NCBI GenBank assembly: GCA_017475705.1
Contig: JAFVFB010000012.1
Span: 60,525 to 124,524, forward strand
Length of the DNA: 64,000 bases
DNA from: Alphaproteobacteria bacterium
GTDB taxonomy: Bacteria; Pseudomonadota; Alphaproteobacteria; RF32; CAG-239
Direction of reading: 5' to 3'
This document shows positions 46,101 through 55,284 of this stretch, one piece after another. The notes below the pieces were generated by a model. That model was given only the letters and a program-made list of their open reading frames with translations, was not told the origin of the DNA and did not search any database. A program made the position numbers and the translations under genes. Position 1 is the stretch's first letter. Every line of letters starts with the position of its first letter.

Positions 46101-47141
46101 TTAAGCGCTATATCTTTTAGCCATCACAGACAAAGGAACAGGCTTAATCTTATCGGCATGTCCTGCAGCCCCAAAAGCAACATAACGGCTGATGCATACT
46201 TTCTTCATTTCTTCGATTGCTGGTTTCAAATATTTACGAGGATCAAATTCTTTCGGATTCTCGGTAAACACTTTGCGGATAGCACCAGTAATTGCCATAC
46301 GGCAGTCAGTATCAACATTAACCTTGCGTACGCCGGCTTTAATACCGCGAACAATATCTTCCACTGGCACACCGAATGTTTGCGGAATAGCTCCGCCATA
46401 AGCATTAATTAAATCTTGTAATTCTTGCGGCACAGAAGAAGATCCATGCATAACCATATGTGTATTAGGCAGTTTTGCATGGATTTTTTCAATCACATCA
46501 ATCGCTAGGATATCACCTGTTGGCTTGCGTGTAAATTTGTAAGCACCATGAGAAGTTCCCACAGCAACAGCTAAGGCATCAATATTTGTTTCTGCCACAA
46601 ACCTAGCGGCCTCATCAGGGTCTGTAACCAAACGTTTTTTATCAATGACACCCTCTGCACCGTGTCCGTCTTCTTTATCACCTTTACCTGTTTCTAAAGA
46701 ACCGATAACCCCGAGTTCCGCTTCAACAGATGCGCCGACAGCATGAGCACGAGCCACAACCTCTTTTGTCACCCGGACATTATACTCAAAAGAAGAAGGT
46801 GTTTTACCATCAGCTTCCAAAGAACCGTCCATCATTACAGAGGAATAGCCATTAACCAGTGCAGATTGGCAAATATCAACGGTCGCACCGTGGTCTTGAT
46901 GCAAACAGATTGGCAATTCCGGATACATCTCAATAGCCGCCGCAATCATATGGCGAATCATCGGATCGCCGGCAAATTTTCGTGCACCGGTAGATGTTTG
47001 TATAATTACAGGGGCATTAACCTCTTTAGCAGCTTCACAAACAGCGATAACCTGCTCCATATCATTAATATTAAACGCCGGCACACCATAATTATTTTCT
47101 GCGGCATGGTCCAAAATTTGGCGCATAGAAACTAAAGGCAT
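46101..47141 (-). CDS. fba: fructose-bisphosphate aldolase class II
   Basis: 346 aa. Matches the class II FBA/CbbA family (MRQILDHAAENNYGVPAFN, PVIIQTSTG, HLDHG-like, HGSS). Confidence 0.9.
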   Translation of the reverse strand: MPLVSMRQILDHAAENNYGVPAFNINDMEQVIAVCEAAKEVNAPVIIQTSTGARKFAGDPMIRHMIAAAIEMYPELPICLHQDHGATVDICQSALVNGYSSVMMDGSLEADGKTPSSFEYNVRVTKEVVARAHAVGASVEAELGVIGSLETGKGDKEDGHGAEGVIDKKRLVTDPDEAARFVAETNIDALAVAVGTSHGAYKFTRKPTGDILAIDVIEKIHAKLPNTHMVMHGSSSVPQELQDLINAYGGAIPQTFGVPVEDIVRGIKAGVRKVNVDTDCRMAITGAIRKVFTENPKEFDPRKYLKPAIEEMKKVCISRYVAFGAAGHADKIKPVPLSVMAKRYSA

Positions 47142-47249
47142 ATTTTTCTCCTTATAACTGTTTTTATTAAATCTCCTTCTGAATATATAAAGTTGAGGCA
47201 GATTTGCAAGTAAATTTTCAATAATTATAAGCGATGTGCGTTATTTTAT

Positions 47250-47277
47250 AAAAAAAAGACTCGCGTTTGCGAGTCTT
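47250..47277 (-). terminator. intrinsic terminator for the minus-strand small gene
   Basis: AGACTCGC-GTTT-GCGAGTCT hairpin with an A8 run on the plus strand, which is a U-run for the minus-strand transcript. Confidence 0.5.
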
Positions 47278-47302
47278 CATCGAGGTTTATTTAAGTAAAA
47301 AC

Positions 47303-47521
47303 TTAAGCAACTTCTTTTTGTTTAGTAAAAAGAAAAACATTATTACGCTTTTGTTCAATAGACATTTCCGAGCAGGTGCCACTGCCAATAACTTTATAGC
47401 GGTCGAGCACAATACCATTAACAATTGGTCTGGATTGGCAAATAGACCCAGCAATTTTGTGACCATTAGCTTTCGCAAACGCATTTCTTTTAGTTTGATT
47501 TCTAATTGTTGCCTTAATCAT
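47303..47521 (-). CDS. small basic protein (72 aa), hypothetical
   Basis: Has its own terminator downstream. Basic and Cys-containing. Possibly ribosomal-protein-like, but no family could be confirmed by eye. Confidence 0.35.
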   Translation of the reverse strand: MIKATIRNQTKRNAFAKANGHKIAGSICQSRPIVNGIVLDRYKVIGSGTCSEMSIEQKRNNVFLFTKQKEVA

Positions 47522-47724
47522 ACTTTATTCCTTTCTTATTATTGACATAATAAATGGCAGGTATTTTTGTTTTTGTCAATAAATATTTTCAAGATTTACA
47601 AAATAATTTCCATTACCTATGAAAATAATGAAATAAGATTAAAATAAAGTAAAGAAGAATAAAATTTTGTCCATCATAAAATTTTTATGCAAAAAAAAGA
47701 ACCGCCAACGCGATTCCCAACAAG

Positions 47725-47814
47725 TGGCGGAGTGTACAGGACTCGAACCTGTGCATCCCTATTCAGGATGACGGATTAGCAATCCGCTGCATTACCACTC
47801 TGCCAACACTCCGC
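47725..47814 (-). tRNA. tRNA-Ser (anticodon GCU)
   Basis: The reverse complement folds as a tRNA: acceptor GCGGAGT, D arm GGCAGAGTGG, anticodon loop TTGCTAA, a long variable arm, T-arm GGTTCGAGTCC and genomic CCA. A hairpin plus T-run follows (47690-47724). Confidence 0.85.
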
Positions 47815-47966
47815 AACAGAAACCTATTTACATTAAGTTTTTTTTGCCGTCAATCTTTTTTTGAAATTTTATTGCATTTTGTTATTTATTGATTGTTTTT
47901 TTATTTACTACATTTTAAATATATTGATATAAATTAAGCACAACACAGATTAATTGGAGAAAAAAA

Positions 47967-48404
47967 ATGGATAAAGAATATGACTACATCTCAACATTAA
48001 GTGCTGAAGAGAAGAGAATATTCGTTGAAAGCTTTTGCTGTATGGTTTATACAGATGGTAATGTAGCCAAAGAAGAAATAGAATTCCTCAAAGGGATTGG
48101 TAAGTTATATGGCATCACAGAACAAGAAATTGTTAGTATCCTGAAAAATATGAAAAGAGAAGTTGTAATGGAAAATATAGCCAAGATAACGGATCGTCCA
48201 AAAGCATTACAATTAGTCAAGGAATTATGCTATTTAGCCAATTCAGATACCGGTCTAGATGACAGAGAGATTGATTTTATTATTGATGTAGCAGAAACAG
48301 TTAATATTGATAGTGAAAAATTAAAGCAAATCAATAAATGGGTACTGGATAAGATAGTTCTTCAAAAAACGGGAGAAATTATTTTAGAAACAGAAGGCAA
48401 ATAA
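47967..48404 (+). CDS. TerB-like domain protein
   Basis: 145 aa. Two-repeat helical pattern (EEKRIFVESFCCMVYTDGNVAKEEIEFL... / ...LCYLANSDTGLDDREIDFI) typical of the TerB/DjlA-N-like fold. Confidence 0.5.
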   Translation: MDKEYDYISTLSAEEKRIFVESFCCMVYTDGNVAKEEIEFLKGIGKLYGITEQEIVSILKNMKREVVMENIAKITDRPKALQLVKELCYLANSDTGLDDREIDFIIDVAETVNIDSEKLKQINKWVLDKIVLQKTGEIILETEGK

Positions 48405-48410
48405 AAATCT

Positions 48411-48434
48411 AAGCGGCGTAAGCCGCTTTTTTAT
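48411..48434 (+). terminator. intrinsic terminator after the TerB-like gene
   Basis: AAGCGGC-GTA-GCCGCTT hairpin followed by TTTTTTATT. Confidence 0.55.
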
Positions 48435-48437
48435 TGC

Positions 48438-48466
48438 TTGCAAGTAATATTTTTTTGTGATATAAT
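48438..48466 (+). promoter_or_regulatory. sigma-70-type promoter (TTGCAA-17-TATAAT)
   Basis: Consensus-like -35 and -10 hexamers with 17-nt spacing. They lie ~20 nt upstream of the RBS AAGAGG and the ATG at 48486. Confidence 0.5.
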
Positions 48467-48485
48467 GCCCCGTAAGAGGTTACCA

Positions 48486-49370
48486 ATGGCAGAAGATATT
48501 AGTCGCAAAGAATTACACAATATTATAAACCGTGCAATTGCAAAATGCGGTTCCTATGGCTCATATTCATTAACGAGTGAGATAAATATCTATTGCGAAA
48601 GATATAAATACCGCCAAACAGCAAATCCCCAATTGAATATTTTTGAAGAAACAGTTGCTCAGCCACAAGAAATGTTGGAGGCAAAAAGTTTTTGTGAAGA
48701 CTTAGATGAATACAAAAAATCAATTGACTTAGATGCAAAAGAAGAAACGTTACCAGAAAGTTTTTGTCGCCGGATATACCAAAGATTAGCAGCTTATGAA
48801 CCCTATATATTTCCAGAAAATCAAGAGGTTTATAATCGGTTGCGAAAAAATATAGAGGGTGAACTTCCTGAAAATAAAGAAAAAATGATGATAGAAGCCT
48901 ATTTGTTAGACATCGAAAAAATAGAACGAGTACAAAAGGAATATGCTAAAGAAAAGAGAAAGAACAAAAAAGCATCAAAAGAATATTTAGAAAAATTGAC
49001 CTTAAAATTTTTCAAAGATATACAGCAAGATGAAATGTTAAAAGAATGCAAGGCCAGCCCAGAAAAGATGTCTTTATTTGAAAAAAGTGTTAATTTAGTA
49101 AAAGATTTACCTTTATGGAGTTTGGGACGAATAGCAAGATATGAACTAAAAGTCAATATTTATAACCAAATACAGCAAATAGCAGAAGCTTTGGGGGATA
49201 AATATAAACCAAACGCCATAACAGCACAAAATGAAGCAATACGCTTTCAAAATGCAATACAAAAAACAATAAATATTATTAGCAACCCGATTCCTCGAGA
49301 AACAAAACATACCACAATTTCAACAGAAGCCATAAATAAAATAGCACAAGAAGAATGGTTATATAAATAA
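48486..49370 (+). CDS. hypothetical helical protein
   Basis: The start at the internal Met (MAEDISRKEL) is preferred given the promoter and RBS. K/E-rich and predicted helical. No motif recognised. Confidence 0.45.
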   Translation: MAEDISRKELHNIINRAIAKCGSYGSYSLTSEINIYCERYKYRQTANPQLNIFEETVAQPQEMLEAKSFCEDLDEYKKSIDLDAKEETLPESFCRRIYQRLAAYEPYIFPENQEVYNRLRKNIEGELPENKEKMMIEAYLLDIEKIERVQKEYAKEKRKNKKASKEYLEKLTLKFFKDIQQDEMLKECKASPEKMSLFEKSVNLVKDLPLWSLGRIARYELKVNIYNQIQQIAEALGDKYKPNAITAQNEAIRFQNAIQKTINIISNPIPRETKHTTISTEAINKIAQEEWLYK

Positions 49371-49398
49371 ATCCCAAGCAGATACTTGGGATTTTCTA
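49371..49398. terminator. bidirectional terminator (shared with glgP)
   Basis: ATCCCAAG-CAGATAC-CTTGGGAT hairpin followed by TTTCT. Confidence 0.5.
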
Positions 49399-49406
49399 TA
49401 ACTGAT

Positions 49407-51914
49407 TTAAGCAGATTGTCGTTCTTCTAATTCTTCATATGACAACTCATCACCCGGCACATCGACATGCCAAATCTTGGTTGCATACTCACGTACAGCG
49501 CGGTCACTGGAGAAATATCCCATTTTTGCTACATTTTTAATGGCCATCTTGATCCATTTATTTTGATCAAGATATGTTTTTTCCGCTTTCTTTATAGCTT
49601 TATCAAAGGCCTCTAAATCAGCAAGCACAAAGAAATAATCCCGATTGAGTAGCTCATCAAAAATAGGCTTGAATAATGTGGGGTTTTCCCCTTCACAAAA
49701 CATATTAGAGTTAACAGCATTCAAAATACGTTTTACATATTCTGAGGTCTCATAAATGTGCCGTGGATTATATGTCGGCCGCATTTTTTTAATTTCTTCT
49801 TCTTTTAGACCGAATAAGAAGAAGTTCTCTTTACCAACAGCCTCACGCAATTCAATATTTGCACCATCATATGTACCAGCAGTTAAAGCCCCGTTAAGCG
49901 CAAATTTCATATTGCCAGTGCCAGAGGCCTCAAAGCCAGCAGTTGATATCTGCAGACTCAAATCAGCCGCAGGAATCAGTACCTCAGCCACAGAAACTTT
50001 ATAGTCAGGGATAAATGCCACTTTTAGGGTATCTCCAACCAGAGGGTCATTGTTAACGATATTAGCAACATTATTAATAAGCTTAATGACAAGTTTCGCA
50101 AAAGTATAAGACGGAGCAGCCTTTCCTGCAAAAATATAAGTTTTAGGGCAAATTGGACGAGCATGGTCGCGCACAATAGCCAAATAGTCGCCAATAACCT
50201 GTAAAATAGCCATTAACTGACGCTTATATTCATGAATACGCTTTGCTTGAACAATAAACATGCTTTTTGTAGAAAGTGCCACATTGCTACGTTTATAAAT
50301 TTCTTGCCGTAGGATTTCCTTATTAATTTTTTTGATTTTACTAAATTTATGTACAAATTCCTCGTCATCAGCAAAATCAGCTAATTTTTCTAAAAGCTCT
50401 AAATGGGCAACCCAATCTTTACCGATTTTATCAGAAATCAATGATGCAAGATATGTATTAGCATGTAATAACCAGCGTCTTGGTGTAATGCCATTGGTGA
50501 TGTTTGTAAACTTCTCTGGCCATAATTCATAAAATTCAGGCACCAGAGAAGATTTAATTAATTCAGAGTGGATTTTTGCCACACCATTAACAGAGAATGA
50601 GCCAACAATAGAAAGGTTTGCCATACGCAAGATTTGTGAATCACCTTCACCAGAAACAATAGAGACCTTTGCCAGCTTTTCGGAATTATCACCAAATTTC
50701 TCACGCGCGAATTCCATAAAGCGACGATTAATTTCATAAATAATTTGCAAATGCCTTGGCAACATGATAGAAAAATATTTAGCCGGCCATGTTTCCAACG
50801 CTTCTGGCAACAATGTATGATTTGTGTATGCAAAAACTTTGGTAACAATATCCCATGCATCGTCCCATTCCTGTCCATAAGTATCAATGAGAAGTCTCAT
50901 CATTTCTGCAATTGCTAAAGCCGGATGAGTATCATTCAGCTGAATACACACACTGGTCGGTAATTTTTTGAAATCATTATTTTTCTCAAGGAATCTTCTT
51001 AAAATATCTTGGATAGCGCAAGAAACAAAGAAATACTGCTGTGATAACCGTAAAGCTTTTCCCGCCTCAATAGCATCAGAGGGATACAACACTTTAGAGA
51101 TAGATTCAGTCTTTATTTTATCTTCAACAGCCTCAATATATCCCCCATTGTTAAAGATATCTATATCAAATTCATCGTCTGTTTTTGCAGAAAAGAGTCG
51201 CAAATAATTAACAGATTTACCATTATATCCAACAATAGGAAAATCATATGGCACACCATACAAAATATGGGTGTTCGTCCATACATAAGTGTCTTTACCG
51301 GACGCATCTCTGTATGTTTCAACATGTCCATAGAGAGGAATAGTAATTTTTCGATCCGGCCTTGCCAGTTCCCAAGGTGAAAAATCAGAAACCCAATCAT
51401 CGGCCTGTTCAACTTGCCAACCATTTTCAAACTTTTGCTTAAATACACCGAATTGATAATTAATACCATAGCCAAATCCAGCGATTCCTAAAGATGCCAT
51501 AGAGTCCAAATAACAAGCAGCTAATCGCCCGAGACCACCATTGCCCAAAGCCGGATCATATTCAGTATCAAAAATTTCTTCCAAAGAAAAATCAGGGAAG
51601 TCTTTAATTTTAATTTCTTTAAGAATTTTATATAATCCTAAATTATGAAGGTTGTTCTCTAAAGAGCGACCAATAAGATATTCAATAGAAAGATAATACA
51701 CGCGTTTCGAAGATTTTTTGTTATAGCGCGCCATCGTATTATACAATTCATCCATAGCAAACTCACGCACTGCCAAAGATATAGCATAAAGTGCTTCTTC
51801 TTTAGTAAGTTCACAGGCACGCTTGCCAATAAAATACTTTATATAGTGTTCAATGGAAAGTTGCAAACGAGCTTTTTTCATCTCGTCACTAATTTCTAAT
51901 TTACTTTTTCTCAA
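49407..51914 (-). CDS. glgP: glycogen phosphorylase
   Basis: 835 aa. PLP-site region (...ISTAGFEASGTGNMKFALNGALTAGTYDGANIE...) and N-terminal phosphorylase family conservation. Confidence 0.9.
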   Translation of the reverse strand: MRKSKLEISDEMKKARLQLSIEHYIKYFIGKRACELTKEEALYAISLAVREFAMDELYNTMARYNKKSSKRVYYLSIEYLIGRSLENNLHNLGLYKILKEIKIKDFPDFSLEEIFDTEYDPALGNGGLGRLAACYLDSMASLGIAGFGYGINYQFGVFKQKFENGWQVEQADDWVSDFSPWELARPDRKITIPLYGHVETYRDASGKDTYVWTNTHILYGVPYDFPIVGYNGKSVNYLRLFSAKTDDEFDIDIFNNGGYIEAVEDKIKTESISKVLYPSDAIEAGKALRLSQQYFFVSCAIQDILRRFLEKNNDFKKLPTSVCIQLNDTHPALAIAEMMRLLIDTYGQEWDDAWDIVTKVFAYTNHTLLPEALETWPAKYFSIMLPRHLQIIYEINRRFMEFAREKFGDNSEKLAKVSIVSGEGDSQILRMANLSIVGSFSVNGVAKIHSELIKSSLVPEFYELWPEKFTNITNGITPRRWLLHANTYLASLISDKIGKDWVAHLELLEKLADFADDEEFVHKFSKIKKINKEILRQEIYKRSNVALSTKSMFIVQAKRIHEYKRQLMAILQVIGDYLAIVRDHARPICPKTYIFAGKAAPSYTFAKLVIKLINNVANIVNNDPLVGDTLKVAFIPDYKVSVAEVLIPAADLSLQISTAGFEASGTGNMKFALNGALTAGTYDGANIELREAVGKENFFLFGLKEEEIKKMRPTYNPRHIYETSEYVKRILNAVNSNMFCEGENPTLFKPIFDELLNRDYFFVLADLEAFDKAIKKAEKTYLDQNKWIKMAIKNVAKMGYFSSDRAVREYATKIWHVDVPGDELSYEELEERQSA

Positions 51915-52098
51915 AACAAATCTCCCAAATTAAACATACTTTGCTATCAACAAAGCTAGTGTGAAATAGTTTGAATTTTCGTTAATAATATAAGATATTT
52001 TCCCCAAAATAAAAATAATGTTTGGTTTTTTTTTAGAAATGTTATAATAAATAAGCGAATAATAGATAAGATACTAGTAATTTGAGAGGATTTAAAAT

Positions 52099-53457
52099 AT
52101 GAAAAAACAAGGTGTTATGGTTGCTCTGGGTCTGATGTTTGCGGCAACCATTTCATATGCAGGTACACTAGAAACAGCATTAGCAAAGGCCTATGATTAC
52201 AATCCCGCACTAAAGGCAGCACGTGCCGGTACACAAGCAACAGATGAGAATGTCGCATTAGCCAAATCTGGCTACCGCCCTACTTTAACAGTAGAAGGAG
52301 GGTATTCAGATACCAAAATAAATACCAATGCACCGGTTAAGCCAATAGATGGGTATAATCGTTCTTTAACAGCGACCATTTCACAACCGGTATTTCGTGG
52401 CTTTAAAACAATGAATTCAATAAAATCAGCCAAAAGTTACGCTAAAGCATCTCAGGCAAACCTAATGGCAATAGAGCAAGATGTCATGTTGCAAGCTGCA
52501 ATTGCATATCTTGATGTATTGCAGGATGAGGCAATAGTCAAATTGCAAAAAAACAATGAAAAATTGCTCAAAAAAGAATTGGAAGAGACAAAAGAACGTT
52601 TCAATGTAGGAGAAGTCACCACAACAGACTTGTCACAAGCTCGTGCAAGCTATGCCTCAGCTCAGTCGCAGCGGATTTCTGCAGAAGGTAATTTAGAAGC
52701 ATCTCGCGCAGTATATAAGCAAATTATCGGCGACAATCCAAAAAATATTAGCATTCCCAAACAAATAGAAAAAATGTTTCCCAAAAGCTTGGAAGAGGCG
52801 ATTAGCTATGCAAAGGAGCATAACTATGCACTGGAGGCCGCACGTCATAATCTAAAAGCAAAAAAATATGATGTAAACACCAGTACCGGTGATTTATTAC
52901 CATCCGTGAATGCATATGCAATGGCAGGAAGGCTAAAGAGCCAAAATTATATGTACCACAAAAATCCCACTAATGACGAGGTGGAATTAGGGGTAAACTT
53001 TTCAATGCCGATATATAATGCAGGGGCTAGCAGAGCCAAAATTCGCCAGAGCAAGTATTATCGCTGGCAAGCTCAAGAAAATCTGCTGAATGCAGAAGAT
53101 GCCTTGTACTCAAATATTACCAGCGCATGGGAGTATCTAAATGCAAACAAAGCTCGCATTAATTCAGTAAGAGCGCAAACCAAAGCATATCAAGTCGCAT
53201 TAAACGGCGTTCGTGAAGAAGAATCCCTTGGCAATCGAACAGTCTTAGATGTTTTAAATCAATATCAATATCTGCTGAATTCAGAAGTAGAAGAAGTAAC
53301 CGTTCGGCATGATTACTATGTTTCTGGTTTGACTTTACTTCAAGCAATGGGCAAACTAACCGCCCGTGACATGAAATTAAAGGTTGATTTATATGATATA
53401 GATGCTAATTATAAGAAGACGAGTGGAAAATGGCTTTCTACCGGAATCAAACAATAA
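52099..53457 (+). CDS. tolC: outer membrane channel TolC family
   Basis: 452 aa. Signal peptide and the two-repeat OEP architecture. Confidence 0.8.
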   Translation: MKKQGVMVALGLMFAATISYAGTLETALAKAYDYNPALKAARAGTQATDENVALAKSGYRPTLTVEGGYSDTKINTNAPVKPIDGYNRSLTATISQPVFRGFKTMNSIKSAKSYAKASQANLMAIEQDVMLQAAIAYLDVLQDEAIVKLQKNNEKLLKKELEETKERFNVGEVTTTDLSQARASYASAQSQRISAEGNLEASRAVYKQIIGDNPKNISIPKQIEKMFPKSLEEAISYAKEHNYALEAARHNLKAKKYDVNTSTGDLLPSVNAYAMAGRLKSQNYMYHKNPTNDEVELGVNFSMPIYNAGASRAKIRQSKYYRWQAQENLLNAEDALYSNITSAWEYLNANKARINSVRAQTKAYQVALNGVREEESLGNRTVLDVLNQYQYLLNSEVEEVTVRHDYYVSGLTLLQAMGKLTARDMKLKVDLYDIDANYKKTSGKWLSTGIKQ

Positions 53458-53468
53458 AGAGAGGTCTT

Positions 53469-53696
53469 ATGGCTCAGGCAGCACAAATAGATGAAGCAAC
53501 AGCTCAAATCCGCCAAAGTATCATTAAGAGCAAAAGCGGAAAGCACTGCATCAGAGATTTTAGTGGGGATATCTTTGAACTAACAGCAGATATGTTAGTA
53601 AAGGATCGCTTATTTAATATTAAGCAGGCAAAAGAACTGTCAGGAATAGCAGAAAATATACTACAAAAATATGCGCGCCTATTGTCAGTAAAATAA
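53469..53696 (+). CDS. small hypothetical protein
   Basis: 75 aa from the internal Met (MAQAAQIDE...). The upstream extension would overlap the tolC 3' end. Weak support. Confidence 0.3.
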   Translation: MAQAAQIDEATAQIRQSIIKSKSGKHCIRDFSGDIFELTADMLVKDRLFNIKQAKELSGIAENILQKYARLLSVK

Positions 53697-53698
53697 AA

Positions 53699-54421
53699 TT
53701 AATCAATAACTTTTGCCACAGTCAAAATATCAACAGATTTTGCACCAAACTTCAAAAGAGTTTTGGTGCATTCTTTTGTCGTAGAACCCGTCGTATAAAC
53801 ATCATCAATCAAAACGATTCTCTTTCCTTTTATCCGTTCAGGGTGAGTAATTGTAAAAGCACCTTTAATATTTTTATGTCTTTGTTTCCCATCACACTGT
53901 GTTTGTGGTAGAGTGTATTTAATTTTCTTGAGAACATCATAGTCGACAATAATATTAGTCATTTTTGCCAGTTCACCAGCTAACACTGCAGATTGATTAT
54001 ATTTACGCTTAAGCAGTCTGGTATAGTGCAATGGCACAGGAACAATCAAATCAGCACCAGCCTCAAAGATATCCTTTCCAGCCAGATAGAGCCACCGCGC
54101 CAGCAATTTTTTATTTTCGATGTGCGCTGCAAATTTAAAGTCAAGCACTAGCCGTTTAGAAAAATTATCATATCGAATGGCTGCACGAGAATAGCGGAAG
54201 TTGGGTCTTTTATTAAGGCAAGAAACACAATATAAATCATCTGCCTCAGTGCTGCCAGTATACAAAGGTCGTCCACAACATTTGCAGTATGGTTTAGAAA
54301 TAAATGTAATATTATTAAAGCAGTCAGCGCACAGGCTGTCATGAGAAGCTAAAACTACACCACAGCACAAACACCGATGTGGCAACAAAAAGTTAATGAG
54401 AGTTCGAAAGATATTTATCAT
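53699..54421 (-). CDS. comF: ComF-family phosphoribosyltransferase
   Basis: 240 aa. N-terminal Cys-pairs (CLCCG...CADC; CKCCGRP...CVSC) and a C-terminal PRTase motif (VLIDDVYTTGST). Confidence 0.7.
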   Translation of the reverse strand: MINIFRTLINFLLPHRCLCCGVVLASHDSLCADCFNNITFISKPYCKCCGRPLYTGSTEADDLYCVSCLNKRPNFRYSRAAIRYDNFSKRLVLDFKFAAHIENKKLLARWLYLAGKDIFEAGADLIVPVPLHYTRLLKRKYNQSAVLAGELAKMTNIIVDYDVLKKIKYTLPQTQCDGKQRHKNIKGAFTITHPERIKGKRIVLIDDVYTTGSTTKECTKTLLKFGAKSVDILTVAKVID

Positions 54422-55284
54422 AACCTTGAGAGTTCTTCTATCAAAGAGAGTAAATTATCGACCACAATGATTCCGGCACTTTCTAACAGTTGCTTTTTTT
54501 CAGCAGCAGTTGTAATTCCTCGGCATATAATATCAGAAGCTAAGCCGACATTATTATCCATATAGGCTTGATCATCAACCATTAAAGCAATAACCGGCTT
54601 TTTTTTCGACATATTTTTATAAGCATGAGCCATTTCTATTTCATAATTACCACCGTAGCCCCCAATGGTCACAATAGCCTTTGTCTGCTTATCATTATTA
54701 AATTCTTTAATGATATCAATAAATCCTGTCCCGATAATAAAGTCATCACCAAGGCCAACAATTGTCGATTCGCCAAAACCGGCACGATTAATTTCTAACA
54801 CAGTTTCATATGTAAGAGTAGAAGAACGTGAAATGATGCCAATATTGCCTGAACGATGGATGTTATCAGGAAATGTTCCCATATAAGCCACCTGCGGTGT
54901 GATAATTCCTGGTGTATTAGGCCCGATAAGCAAAGTTTGAGAATTTTCTAACTCATGACGAATTTCCATCATGTCATTAACGGGAATGCCTGAAGTAATA
55001 GCAACAACAAGTTTAAGTTTTGCTCTTATTGCCTCAATAATAGCGTCTTTAGCAAATTTTGCCGGTACAAAAATAACAGAAGCTGTAGCACCAGTTTTAT
55101 CCTTTGCCTCCTGCACCGTATTAAATAAAGGAATTCCCAAATGTTCCTTTTCTTTTTTATTTGGCACAACACCAGCAACGACATTCGTTCCATATTTAAT
55201 AGCGCGCGGCGTATGGAAAGATGCTTGCGTTCCAGTAAGACCTTGTACAATAACTTTAGTATGTTCGTCAACCAGCACAGCCAT
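54418..55284 (-). CDS. sucD: succinyl-CoA ligase alpha-subunit-like protein lacking the catalytic phospho-histidine
   Basis: 288 aa. Good SucD similarity (VQGLTGTQASFHT, GATASVIFVPA, NIGIISRSSTLTYE). Where GHAGAII is expected the sequence reads VGLASDI. Its stop overlaps the comF start (ATGA). Confidence 0.65.
   Translation of the reverse strand: MAVLVDEHTKVIVQGLTGTQASFHTPRAIKYGTNVVAGVVPNKKEKEHLGIPLFNTVQEAKDKTGATASVIFVPAKFAKDAIIEAIRAKLKLVVAITSGIPVNDMMEIRHELENSQTLLIGPNTPGIITPQVAYMGTFPDNIHRSGNIGIISRSSTLTYETVLEINRAGFGESTIVGLGDDFIIGTGFIDIIKEFNNDKQTKAIVTIGGYGGNYEIEMAHAYKNMSKKKPVIALMVDDQAYMDNNVGLASDIICRGITTAAEKKQLLESAGIIVVDNLLSLIEELSRL

Noticed and set aside
46065-47135. Plus-strand ORFs (69-130 aa) across fba
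   Set aside because: They are antisense to the well-conserved class II aldolase gene, and are typical shadow ORFs.
47267-47545. 92-aa plus-strand ORF overlapping the 72-aa minus-strand gene
   Set aside because: The minus-strand ORF has a downstream hairpin plus U-run terminator in the correct orientation. The plus-strand ORF is low-complexity F/L/N-rich.
47522-47966. CtrA-type TTAA-N7-TTAA boxes and other alpha-proteobacterial operators in AT-rich spacers
   Set aside because: Several near-matches (e.g. TTAAGCACAACACAGATTAATT) fail the spacing or half-site requirement, as expected by chance in AT-rich DNA.
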